From the NCBI RefSeq assembly GCF_009914755.1, contig NC_060926.1: DNA of 64,000 nt, one strand, 5' to 3'. The DNA comes from the human T2T-CHM13v2.0 reference genome, Homo sapiens. Shown here in pieces: positions 29,097 to 42,329 of the stretch. The position numbers and the translations under genes were made by a program. Below the pieces are notes generated by a model. The model was given only the letters and a program-made list of their open reading frames with translations. It was not told the origin of the DNA and did not search any database. Numbering within the stretch: the stretch's first letter is position 1; every line of letters starts with the position of its first letter.

Positions 29097-30290
29097 AAAA
29101 CCTAAGTAAAGATAGGTAAGGCATAATGTAATACCCACTAAGTTTTAAGCTAATGTTGTCCCTTTTAGATGTTTTCAAGTTTTAAGGCTGATAGTAGAAC
29201 AATATGAGCTCAGGGACTGCAGGGAGTACAGAGATTCAGAGGTATACTCACCAGATTTTCTTCCCCATAAAGAAATTACTAAGAAACCACAGAAACAGTC
29301 GTCTGTGAACAATCTGGACCTCATTCAGATTGGAAGCAGCTGAAGAGATTTTCTGAGGTAAACTCTTGTTAGTTAAGATCTACACAAACATGTTTTTTAG
29401 AGTGAACTTTGGTTGGATAAATGGAAACTCAAAAGCCTTAGGAAATTACTAAAGATCGTAGAGCAGTGGAAAGTGGAGAAAGGTGCTTGAGTGAAGACTG
29501 GCATTTTTTGAAGATAGGCATTTTTGACTCTGCTTTCTCTATTTCCAAGACTGGAAATGGTCAGATTTCTATTTCCAGTATGTTAGCAGTTAAGTAAATT
29601 CTAGAATAGTAAACAAAATATACATTTGCAAAAGTAGTCCTTATTTCCCACTCCTATTTCTAGAAAAATCTTTGCCATGATCCCTTGAAGCACTCTCATT
29701 TATTGGGTCCCCAAAGGTACAAAGAGGCTTAGTTGCAGGTACCTAGCAACTATATATACTCTACAAATATTTGTTGAATCGATGAGTGAGTGTGCCTTAT
29801 ATGTAACAACAGAATTCTATTTAGAAGTTCCTATGGGAACTGTAAAAGTCATTTACTATCCCTCTAAAATCATCCTTATTTCTGTATCTCTCTTTCCCCT
29901 AAGAAGTAGGGTATATAAGCATCAGTACCCAAGACAGACCTCAGTTTTTCTCCCTGCAAGATCAGTTCAGTTTTTGCTTTCTGATTGCATTGCATGTCAG
30001 AGTTCAGATGATACACGACAGAGTTGAAAGGACAGGGAGTCTCTCTTCCCACATGTGACATCACAGTATCTGGAGCAGGATGTAGGTGTGTGTCCATTCT
30101 ACACGGATGTTTTAGATTAATATCTTAAATTTTTAAAACCTTTTATAAAGAAACATAAAGTTACTTGTCCCCAAGTCCCTTATTTTATGGAGGAAAACCA
30201 AAGCACTGAAAAACTTGGTGGTTGGATATCTGAAAGCTGACTCTTAGCTTAAATATATTAGGAGGATTCAACATTAAAAGTAGCACTGTT

Positions 30291-30439
30291 AGCTGGGTGT
30301 GGTGGTGTGCCTCTAGTCCCAACTACTTAGGAGGCTGAGAAGGAAGGATCACTTGAGTCCAGGAATTATTAGGAGTTTGAGGCCAGCCTGGGCAACACAG
30401 TGAGACTCCATCTCTACAAAACCAAACAACAACAAAAAA
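30291..30439 (+). mobile_element. Alu monomer (FLAM-like)
   Basis: Single monomer with A/CAA tail; AAAAGTAGCA and AAAAGTACCA flanks. Confidence 0.85.
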
Positions 30440-31869
30440 GTACCAAGATTATTTATAAGCTTGAATTTGCAGAAAGTACCTTTTCATAAAGCAAAACATT
30501 TCTCTGCTGAAACAAATATATTTGGCCAAAAAGAAAGAGAGGAAAGTATTAATTCTGTGGGCATCAGTAAAATGTTCACGCCACTGCATGACTGCTCTCT
30601 AAGAAGAAGTCCTTAGATTTTTGCTGAGAATTAAGTCTCTTAAAAAAAGAAAGTAGTTTAAACATTGAGAACTTTCAAATATAATAATAAAATAACCAAA
30701 TCAACAGTATTATGAGAGTCAACTTTTTATAGGCAAAGATTCTCAATTGATATATTACACAACTAATGGCTAGTGGTTGTGCAATGCACATTTTAAAGAA
30801 AGGGGAATATAAAATATGAATATTATAAAAATGTGCAAAGAATAGTATGACATATTAATATCTAACTATTATTAGTAACTATTGCGACTATTACACTGGT
30901 ATCTGAGGATGGAGCCGTTCCCTGGTCTCTGTCTCTTGATAGAGCATACATTGCTCCTGCATGCTAGCTTCTAAGGGAGGTGCTAACCTCTGGCGCCGCA
31001 CTGTGGTGCAGAAGAGCTACTGCCACTAATGAGCAGTTCCCTTCCTCTGTGTCAGCTTCCACTCTGCATCTGAAAAAGACAGATAGCACATTAAACCTTT
31101 TGGAGTTGTGAAGAATATGTTTGCTGGCATGCAGAGACCTCTACCTGCTCCTTCATACAGAAGTTCCTGAGGTTTCAACATTCTACAACTCTTCAGTAAG
31201 CTCTAAGTTCTGTATGGCAAGAGACACAAAGTTAAACCTCAGTTCCTCCTGAAGTTTCCAGTGCAGGAGCGGGGGATTTAAGATCAGTCCTGGGTTAGGT
31301 CAGGATCCTAATCTCCTCTGCACAGCTCACAGTTTTATATTTTAAGGTGCATGTCCTCTTAAGCTAACTCAGCTTTATCTTACTAGTTTCTTTCCCTTGT
31401 ACCAGGAAGTATTCCAAAATCCTTTGTGATTCCTAGTGATGCCAGATCTACTCTCTTGCTTGATGGCTGTATAATTCAGGAGAGTTACTCCTATTAAAGT
31501 ATTCCATTAAATACAGTAATATTCTAATGGACCACTCTTGAGCAAAGTGCAGAGAAAAGTACGCATTTGCCTTAGAAGGTTCATAAATTCCTAGTAAATA
31601 TTTCTATGCTATGTGAAAGTCAATCTGAAATCAGGTAACTATAATTTCTAAAAATATTTAGAAATCTTGTAATGTGATTAAATTCACACATCATTTGGGT
31701 AGAAGGGGGAAAAAAGACATGAGAGATGCCAAAATGTGAATGAGGGATCACTGGAGAAAACATTTCATGTAAAACTAGGAGAATTCATGTCCATCCTGCA
31801 ACTGGCCTAACTGTGAGAAAGCCCTGCAGCTCAGATCCGTAGTGTGTGAGAGTTGTTGATTTCACCGTC

Positions 31870-32100
31870 AATTCATACATTTATTCGTCCAACACATATT
31901 TAGCGGGTACTCACTGTCTCCGGGCAATATGCTAGGAGCTAAAGATAAAAGAATGAGTTAAACAGACCAATACCTTCACAGAGATGTTCAGTGGGAGAAA
32001 AGCAAAATGATTAAGTGCTGAAAAGTTATGGGAGATCAAAGGGCATAAAAGAAGACCCCCCAATTAGTCCAGAAATTCAGCTACCAGGTGAGACGTCCAA
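31870..32100 (-). mobile_element. L2 fragment
   Basis: attcatacatttattc...aacacatatttagcgggtactcactgt...tgctaggagcta. Confidence 0.55.
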
Positions 32101-32689
32101 AGGTCGCTAAGAAACCACTAAAGGATTTTAAATGTGTACACACGTTTCGCTTCTTGCTTCAGTCATCCCATGGGTGGTGTTATCACTTTCACGGCTGAGC
32201 TCCTAGTCAGAGGGCACTTTGAAGAAATAGCCAGGCCAAGTCGCTCTCAGCATAGGGGCATAATTTAACTCTTTTTAAATTTGCTTTAAGGGAAAGATGA
32301 AAAGAATGTCTTTTTAGACTAATTTCTTCGCCTCCCATTTACAAGAATAAATAAAACGACTTTTTTTTCAAATGTAAAAAAAAGTGGATAGCCTTTAACT
32401 GCAGTAGCATAGATGTATAAAGTTGAAGTGATACCACATAAGGTTTACAGGCAGTGAGGGCCCGGAAACAGATTTGTCATTCATTTTCTTGTTCATGATA
32501 CACAATTATTCTTAAAAGTGTTGTGTGACAAACTCCTAGAAAGTATTGTCTAAATGTGCCCTCTCCCTATTACTATGTCACTAAGTTTGTAGAACTGCCT
32601 GATTCACTTACCAAAACTTTATCCTGCTGTAACTTTTTTGAACAATCCCTGTAATATTCTCCACTGCTTATTTTAAAGTAGCTGAGAAT

Positions 32690-32970
32690 ATAGCGTGCTG
32701 TTTATGGGCAACTAGTCATGGGGTAGAGGGTGAGATGATACCAGTGTTAGCCTGGGCAGGCCTGGGTGTGAATTCCATCCAGACACTTACTTAATATGTA
32801 AACTTGATTAAGTCTATTTGTTTATTTTTACACATTTCTACACTATATTTCTTCACTTATAAAATGGGTAAAAAATATCTGCCTCTTTGGATTTTTACGA
32901 TTGACAAAAAAATGCAAGTAAAGTGCCTTGTATTGAGCTTCCCATGTAGAGACAGATACTCAAAAAATTT
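32690..32970 (+). mobile_element. MIR fragment
   Basis: cctgggtgtgaattcc...cacttact...cttcacttataaaatggg...gtaaagtgcctt. Confidence 0.55.
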
Positions 32971-34538
32971 AAAAATCTCTTATTTGCTGCCTTTTCACAG
33001 GGGTATGTTAGGCACATACCTTTAATAAACGTTTCCAGTGAAAGGAGAAGGGGAGGCTGAGTTTTGGATGCCCAATGATTCTTCTCAAGATAATATCTTT
33101 AGTTTCAATTCTGTAGCGCTTTTGAAAAACTGATGCTTTGTGAAATATCAAATGAAGTAGTGCTCTGTAACATCTCCCAGAATTCTTCTCTCTTTTTAGC
33201 CTGGACTTGTCCCTCCATTACTTTGAAGACCCAAAGAGGACTGTTCCTTATTTTCTTCTATGCAGGTGGAGGATTTTTTTTTCTTGTACCCTCTGCTGAC
33301 ATCTCACTGATTTTCTATGTTAGAACTTTGAAAGAAAAAAAAAAAAAAAACGGCTTTGAAGGTCGAACTGCCTGGTGTTTGTTTAATAGTAGAAGCCACG
33401 TGTTTTGACACATCAAAGATTAAGAAAAGAGAAGGATTTTATTTCATAAATATCAAAGGGAAAACTTTCAGTTAATTGAATGGCAACTAGTCCCCTTTGT
33501 GCTCATTTCGGTTTCTGGCGATAAAGATGCTCAAACAGTGAGATCGCAACCAGTGAAGGAGGCGCTCTGAAGGACAGGAAAGGTTGGCTCTGCATGAGAA
33601 AGCCCTTTTAGATCCAGAAGAAGAATCACGCTTCCTTTCTTTTCCTGACCACAGCCTGTCCTGTAATTAGCGGAGCAAGTCAATCTGAGCGAGGCAAATC
33701 ACTGGTTTTCCATGAAATAATTATATTTCTTATGCTCTTGGACATGTACACCTCTAAGCCTAAAAGCGGAGAAAGATGTTTTGGTTTTTTTTACGTGAGC
33801 TGGGGGAGGGAGAAGAAAAGTGGCAGCGACAGTGTAGCAAATGGGTGAAAGCAGCACAATGTGGCAAGAGGAGAGAACAGGATTCCGATTCCGTGGGGGC
33901 GTGGGAACACTGAGTTCCGCGCAGGGAGTTTCCCTGTTCAGAGCACCTTGTGCGCGAGTTGATAACTCTCGGAAAGGAAACAAAATTTGGCTTTCCTAAA
34001 CTTTCTGTACGTCCAGAGAATCCCATGCCTTGTCTTGGCCTCCGCAGCGCCAGGCTGGGGTGACAGCACTCCTCCTCCACCGGCCCGGGCTTCTCCTCCG
34101 GACCGCGAGCCTGTGGCGCCTCCCCGCGCGCCCAGCGCACCGGGGTGTCCCCTTGGAGGAGCCTGCGGGGGCGGGGGAGGAGGGAAGGGCGCGACTCGTG
34201 GGTCGCGCTGGTTCCTTCACTGGATGGACGTCCGACGCTGCCTCCGGGGCGGAGACAGCTCCGGCCACCATGCGCCCGTTGCGGCGATTCCACCCACAGT
34301 TCGCTGGCTCTGGGGGTGGCGGGTCTTGGCGCGCGGTGCCTGCGCGAAGGGAGGGCAGCCATCGCCCCCGCGGTCACTGGGGCCCCGCGTTCCCCGCGGG
34401 CTCGGGCAGGTGCGCGGTGTGCCGGCCAGGTCCCCTTGTCCTCCTGCCCTGCGGCTTGGGCGCCGCGCCCGCCCCGCCCCCGCCCGCGGGCCGCCCTGGG
34501 CAGGGCCTGCCGCTGCGGCTGGAGAGCAGCGCACCGGC

Positions 34539-34571
34539 ATGGGCAGGCGGCCGGCGGCGGAGGGCGGCTGA
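34539..34571 (+). other. Candidate uORF ([10 protein letters not shown]) in SLC9A2 leader
   Basis: ggcATGg in strong Kozak context, out of frame with the main ATG, stop TGA 34569-34571; real only if the TSS is upstream of 34539. Confidence 0.45.
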
Positions 34572-34757
34572 GGGCTGCTGAGGGTACGCGCAGCGGCCTC
34601 TCGTCGCCCTGCACGTGCCTCGCCAGGCAGTGCGCCTGCTCGCAGCGAGGACCTAGCCCTCTGGTTGCAGAGACCCGGTGCCGCAGCAGCGGCGGGTGGC
34701 TGTCGCTGCCCTGCCCTGCACGGGGCAGGGCGGAGCGGGCTGAGCAGCCCGGGCGCG

Positions 34758-34766
34758 ATGCGTTGA
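34758..34766 (+). other. Minimal uORF ATG-CGT-TGA in SLC9A2 leader
   Basis: gcgATGCGTTGA, ending 50 nt upstream of the main ATG. Confidence 0.6.
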
Positions 34767-34816
34767 GCGCTCGGAGGGCCAACCGCCGGTCCCCTTGGCG
34801 GCAACCGGCGGCACCC

Positions 34817-35105
34817 ATGGAACCACTGGGCAACTGGAGGAGCCTGCGGGCGCCACTGCCTCCGATGCTGTTGCTGCTGCTCCTGCAGGTGGCGGGGCCC
34901 GTGGGCGCCCTGGCGGAGACCTTGCTGAACGCGCCGAGGGCCATGGGCACCAGTTCCAGCCCGCCTAGCCCTGCGAGCGTGGTGGCTCCCGGAACGACGC
35001 TGTTCGAGGAGAGCCGGCTGCCTGTGTTTACGCTGGATTACCCCCACGTGCAGATCCCCTTCGAGATCACCCTTTGGATCCTGCTGGCCTCCCTGGCCAA
35101 GATTG
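34817..35105 (+). CDS. SLC9A2: SLC9A2 (NHE2, sodium/hydrogen exchanger 2), first coding exon; 289 nt, phase-1 intron follows
   Basis: Translation [97 protein letters not shown] matches the NHE2 N-terminus as I recall it: a signal-peptide-like Leu run and the NHE-family [24 protein letters not shown] motif. The exon ends at a canonical donor G|GTGAGC (35105/35106). Confidence 0.96.
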
Positions 35106-35723
35106 GTGAGCGAACTGGACTTGTGGGGAATGGGAGGGGGCGATCTCGGGGGGACACCTGGAGGGTGACCGGGTCAGCCAGCTGACCTCTAGATAGTGAC
35201 CGCCTCATCTTGAATCAGGGCAGGGACGACAGATGGAGCAGCTTCTTCTGGTTGAAAAGGACCCTTGGAAGAGCAGTTTCGCGTTTTGGTTCTTAAGGGA
35301 ACATTGGCCTTGAAATGGCCCCAAGTGTAAGTTCTACAAACTCAGCGATTGCTGCTTACTTCTGCCGCACGGAACGCCAAGTTTGTCAGCTCTCTGCTTA
35401 AGTTGAGTGAGATCTGTTTATTGAAGTGTACCAGTCTCACCTGCAGGGAGAGAGGTGCCGACGAACCCCGGAGCTATGCATAATGTGGTTAAAACCCTGG
35501 ATGCTACAGGAGAGAGGCGCCTTGGCAGTGACACAGACCCTGCTGTGCGCCTGACTAATGAGGTGCATGGAAGGGGACCAGGGACACCTGAGTGCTTGCA
35601 GCTGCAATAGGAACGCCCTTTCTCCTCCCTCTATTGGGTTGAGGCTGTCACTCTCCAGGAAGCTTTTGCTTCGGGGTGGCTGAGGCCAGTGAGGTGAGAT
35701 GCATATTTAAAAATAATTAACTC

Positions 35724-36340
35724 TGGGCCCAGGACAATGGCCCAGCCTGTAATCCCAGCACACTGGGAGGCCCAGACGTGAGGATCCCTTGAGGCCAGGA
35801 GTTCAAGATCATCATGGGCAACATAGCAAGACCAAACAGTACAAAAATAAAAAATTGGCCGGGCGAGGTGATTCACGCCTGTAATCCCAGCACTTTGGGA
35901 GGCTGAGGCAAGGTGGATCACGAGGATCACTGATCAACATGGTGAAACCTCGTCTCTACTAAAAATACAAAAAAATTAGCCGGGCGTGGTGGTGGGCGCC
36001 TGTAATCCCAGCTACTCGGGAGGCTGAGGGAGGGAATTGCTTGAACCCAGGAGGCGGAGGTTGCATTGAACCGAGATTGCCACTGCACTCCAGCCTGGGC
36101 AACAAAGCAAGACTCTGTCTCAAAAATTAATCAATCAATTAATTAATTAATTAGGTAGCCTGGTGTTGTGGTGCACATATGTATTCCCAGTTACTTGGAG
36201 GCTGAGGCGGGAGCCTGAGGGAGGAGGATCGCTTAAACTCAGGAGGTTGCGGTTGCAGTGAGCCATGAATGGCACCACTGCACTCCAGCCTGGGCCACAG
36301 AGAGATACCTTGTCTCAGGGAAAAAAAAAAAAAAAAAAAA
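35724..36340 (+). mobile_element. Alu-in-Alu: AluS (35857-~36150) inserted in the A-rich linker of an AluJ
   Basis: Left monomer 35724-35855, complete younger Alu, then right monomer ~36156-36320 and poly-A. Confidence 0.85.
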
Positions 36341-36529
36341 ATTACCCACTTTCATACTACCTTTAACTCTCATTTTGAAAGCAGAAACCTCAGAATATAT
36401 TTTCTCATCTTCATTACCCACGCCCCAGAAACTTTCATGTTATGAGCATGGTGCTTTATATTATTTTTACTTTATATTTTAAAGACTTTAGAAAAATCCT
36501 GAAATATTAACTATTGTTATAATGATTCG

Positions 36530-36960
36530 ATTAAGTTGTTAGGTCCAAAGAATGTATGCATTACATGTGTTTTACGTCTTTACCCTGTGAGATGAGGCAG
36601 ATTTCCATAAAGAATGAAAAGACGCATTGTCTGCCATCCTCAGGGAGCTTACTGATGAGTGGAGAGACGTGTACACGCTGTGTGATTATTGCCCAGGACA
36701 GTGCTGAGTAGGGTGACAAACTCAGAAAAGATAGTATGCCATTGCAGGGAAGCAGAGAACACTTCCTCATGCAGAGCAAACATTTAAACTGGATTTTCCA
36801 GGATGACCAGGATCTGGTCAGTTAGAGAGAAAAGGGAGCAACATTCCAGAGAGGACTGAACAAAGACATAAATTGGGAGAGGAGTGCAAAGCAGGTAGAA
36901 GGGATGGTTTACAGGAGGGTGGAAGTTGTGGTAGGTAAACCGGAAGCAAATCTTCATGCC
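36530..36960 (-). mobile_element. L2 fragment
   Basis: ctgccatcctcagggagcttact...ggagagac, then purine-rich L2 body. Confidence 0.5.
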
Positions 36961-37429
36961 AGATAAGATTAATTAGAGTCTATTAGTGGTGACTAAGAGA
37001 GACACATATTATTTAACAACTCTGAAGTCTGTAATTGACTGGCTTTGACGTGGTGCTACTAGTTGAGTGTCTTAATTCCACTGAGAGATGGTATAAGGGA
37101 GATGGGCTTCCCCACCTATAAACCAGATACACACATGTTTGTAAATTGCCTCTAATAATAAACTCAGATGCCACAAGCCTGCCCTGTAGGGAGTGGCGGT
37201 ATTAATACTCCCACTAGTTGAGGTGGAAACTCTGAGTGAATTTGCACCCAGAAGCACACAAAGTGGCGAGCCAAAATGAATGACCTGTTCCCTGTCACTC
37301 TCTCTGAGCCTCAAGGCTCCATCGCTGGAGGGCTGCTTCTGTGCCTGTTTCCATTACTGCTTCTCTGTTGCCATTTCTATTCCAACTATCTCCTTTGTTC
37401 ATCATTCCTGATTGTTTTAATCAGATTAG

Positions 37430-37730
37430 TTACAATAATAACAGCCTCTAGGAGGCACTTAAGGGCATTATCTCTAATTTTTACAGTCACCATGCCGGGT
37501 AGGTGTTGTTTTCCTGGTTTCATATAGGAGAAAATGAAAAAATGGGGAGATTAACTTGGTGGTGGGTGGTGAGCCAGAATTCCAGCCAGGTCTGTCTCAT
37601 TTCTCATCTTTGTGCGTTTCCAGAAGGCTTGTTCTTTTGGGAGGATTAAATGAGAATGAATGTGTAACATCTTTAGAATAAAGCTGGGCACACTGTAAGC
37701 ACTCCATCACTCCATCCATACTATCATCAT
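37430..37730. mobile_element. MIR fragments (opposite orientations)
   Basis: aataataacagc...ttcatataggagaaaatga...aacttgg; then gaggattaaatgagaatgaatgtgtaac...ctgggcacactgtaagcactc. Confidence 0.6.
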
Positions 37731-40285
37731 TAGTAGCAGTGAGGACAGTGGTATAGTCAAAGTAGTAGTAGTTAACTGTACAGTTTCTAGCACTACAGAA
37801 CCTTTTCCACTGTTGACTGTCCTGGGCTGCCACCTGTCTCTCTTTACTTCCGCTTTGGCCTCAGCCTTCTACAAGTGTTCTTATTCTGTGGGCTGCCTTC
37901 CCGCACTTACTCTCTTGCTGTCCTGTTCCATTCATTTTATTGGACCATCTCACTTTCATTATGTGGTATTTTGTTAAAGGCATTCATGCTTGCTTGCATA
38001 ACAGGTGTATTTGTCTCTCCACTAGCATCTTTTTAGCCCAGATATGTTTATATTTCCTGGGCCCCCTCTGTTCTAGTTGCCAGTTTCGGCTTTCCCCTGC
38101 ATTGTGCTTGGCTATGGAAATCATCACATATTGCACCTCCTGTCCTCCCCCAAATTTGGAACGTCTCTGGCTACTACTTTACCTTTCCTTTCTGCATCTG
38201 AGTGTCACAGAGATGATAATTTCCATGCAGAGAGTGGTCTGAACAGCCAAATGGAGACTGCCATGGGTAGAGTGAAGGGTATATTTCTCAGGACAGAAAG
38301 TGGAGTTTTAGAGTCCAAAATGCTGGTGCCTGGGGTATTTTCTCCAGATTCGTCTGCATAGAGCCCAGCCTCGTCCTGCAGCTTCCCCTGTGTTCCTAGA
38401 GGAGCCAGGAAATGCCCAGAAATCCCCACCCCTCCTCTTGCTCCCAGGGTTCTGAACTTTCTGTTTGGTTTTAAGCAGGACCGTCCTGGTGCTGTGGGAC
38501 ACTTTCGTACCCCATTAAACAGTCATCTAGTCATTTCTCTTTCAACTTTTGTTCTGAAAAAGCTGTTTTGTGGTGGCTTATATGACTTAAGTTGCTCATA
38601 TTTGGGAATGAAGAGGAATTGAGCTGTGCAGGTGGATATGATACTGTGGGGTAATGCAAATGCTAACCCCTGCAAAATGCCATGGTTTCTATTTGGGGCA
38701 CTTTTGTGCCATTTGTGTAGTGTACCTGACCTTACCTGCCTCAGAGAACATGGAGAAACATTGCTAGTGATTAATCTAAACGTGGTTAAATTAACAGGCT
38801 GTCCAAAGTGGAGGATCCGAATAACATTTGTAGGGGGTTTAAATAATGCCTGATGGTGAATTCAGAATAGTTTTCTAATATAATATATATTACATTATAT
38901 ATTATCAGCTAATATAATCTTAGAAATATTACAATCAGAAGTGAGAAAATCCATTTTTGGCAAAGCATTGAATGATTCAGCTTAGCTCTTAATTGTTACA
39001 CTTGATTATCAGGGAAAATCAACATCCTAATTACTTGGTCCAGAAAAAGTAGTTTTGTAATTATAACATTTACCAAAACAATGATGATAATGATGGTGAT
39101 GATGGTAAAGATGATGATGAGTATGTGCTTATGAAGTAGGTCAAAATATTTTTTTAAAGCACAGCAAATTTAGTACACCTCGGAAAAGCTTTAAAAGTTT
39201 TGGCAAGAAATGTTTCCTCATTTGTTTCTTACTTAGGTCCTTGCACATGTGAATTCACATTATTCTTTCACTTTGAATATTTATATTTTGAGCAACCGTT
39301 GATTATTTTTATAGTTATAAGTACACACTTTGCTTGATAAATCTTGTATAGAGAGATGGGGTTCTACGACCTGGAATAATGGGTAGCCAAAGAATTGAGA
39401 TAAAATTTTCTGATGTGTTTTAAGATTGCCTCCTCTGATTTCTTTGCCTGTGAAGTGGCCTACTGGGGTTTTTGCTAATTTGGGTGAACTTGGACATGGA
39501 CTGTATTTCTTCTCAAGGTTTAAGGACAAAACACTGAGTACCTTGCTGTGTAAAGTAACAGAGCCTCCTTCTTTGTCCTGGGGTTCCCCTAACATACCTT
39601 CCCATATCTTGAGGTCTTGTGAGGCTGGCCTATTTCCATCTCCTTTCAAGTGTCACTGGTCACTCTGCTCTTTTGATTTTCTCTGCCCCTAAGTTGGAGT
39701 AAGATGCAGAATTTTCCACCTCCCTCCATCCTGCTGTCATGAAATTAAATAAATTATATTCTTATAATTTTAAGGGGAAAGATAGAAAGCAGTTTGCTTC
39801 ATGAAGACGTCTCCCCTGGGATCCAGGCTATCCTGAAATTGAAATATGAAACCTAAGAGTTTCATATCTGTCTGAATTACAGAGACTTTGATCTCTGAAA
39901 AAAACTTATCCTTGCACTTAGTCTGTTTTTCTTTGTCCTCTGGTTTTCCTGAGGCATATTCATCAACTGGTTGGTCAATGGATGCAGCTCAGGGTCTTCA
40001 CCTGCTATCTGAACCACATCTCACTTTGAATACACTTCTAAATTCAGGAGTTTCTGGTGGCAGGTATTGGTTCCTCGTAAAGTTAAAAGAAGAGCACTGA
40101 TTCCTTTCCTTCTCAAAGCCTCCATCTTCTCCCAGTGGGCTGCTCACACATTTTCTGTTCTCTGTCTGAAGGATGACTTCAACAGCTTTTCCATCTTCTC
40201 TCTAAAAACCAATTTGGGTGTCTTCTAGAATTTTGCCACTACACTTTACTTCTGAAGTGTTTTTGTACCCTTTAAAATAATAGAT

Positions 40286-41815
<1,530 letters not shown>

Positions 41816-41971
41816 AAATAATAGATATTTTTATCACCAAATGAAAATGTTACATTATATCCACTTTAACAATGATAACAATACTCAGCTTTATTTCTTA
41901 CAGAATTATTTCACCTAGATTGAATCCCTAAGAAGTATACAATGAACTGTTTGCATAAAACCATTTGTTCT

Positions 41972-42300
41972 GGCTGGGTATTGTAGCTCACAACTGTGAT
42001 GTCAGCACTTTGTGGGGCTGAGGTGAGAGGATCACTTGAGGCCAGAAGTTTGAGACCAGCCTGGGCAACATAGTGAGGCCCAATCTCTTCAAAATGTTAA
42101 CAACAACAACAACAACAACAACAACAAAAAGCCAGGTTTGGTGGCCTGTGCCTTTAGTCCCAGTGACTCAGGAGCTAGTCAGGAGGATCACTTGAGCTCA
42201 GGAGTTCAAAGTTACAGTGATCTGCGATGATGCCACTGCACTCCAGTGGGAGTGGGCAAAGACAGATGGAGACCTGCTCTCTTAGAAACAAAAAAAACAA
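41972..42300 (+). mobile_element. AluJ with (CAA)n in the linker
   Basis: Diverged dimer, ggatcacttgaggcc, gtgatctgcgatgatgccactgcactcca. Confidence 0.9.
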
Positions 42301-42329
42301 ACTGTTCCTTGGGTGATATAAAAACTCAC

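Larger units (their letters stand above)
33880..35200 (+). promoter_or_regulatory. SLC9A2: CpG island / GC-rich promoter and 5' leader of SLC9A2
   Basis: Abrupt rise in GC and CpG density against AT-rich flanks; multiple GC boxes (GGGGCGGGG ~34167, CCCCGCCCCCGCCC ~34472); overlaps the first coding exon. The TSS cannot be determined from sequence. Confidence 0.9.

Noticed and set aside
33760-35047. Long minus-strand ORFs (396 aa, 276 aa) and overlapping plus-strand ORFs in the CpG island
   Set aside because: Arg/Ala/Gly/Pro-rich with no domain; stop codons are scarce in very GC-rich DNA, so these are expected artefacts.
34145-35185. 346-aa ORF suggesting an N-terminally extended NHE2
   Set aside because: The in-frame upstream part has no ATG and is GC-rich leader/promoter. 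The recognised protein starts at 34817 with a signal-like segment, and the ORF tail reads through the donor into intron.
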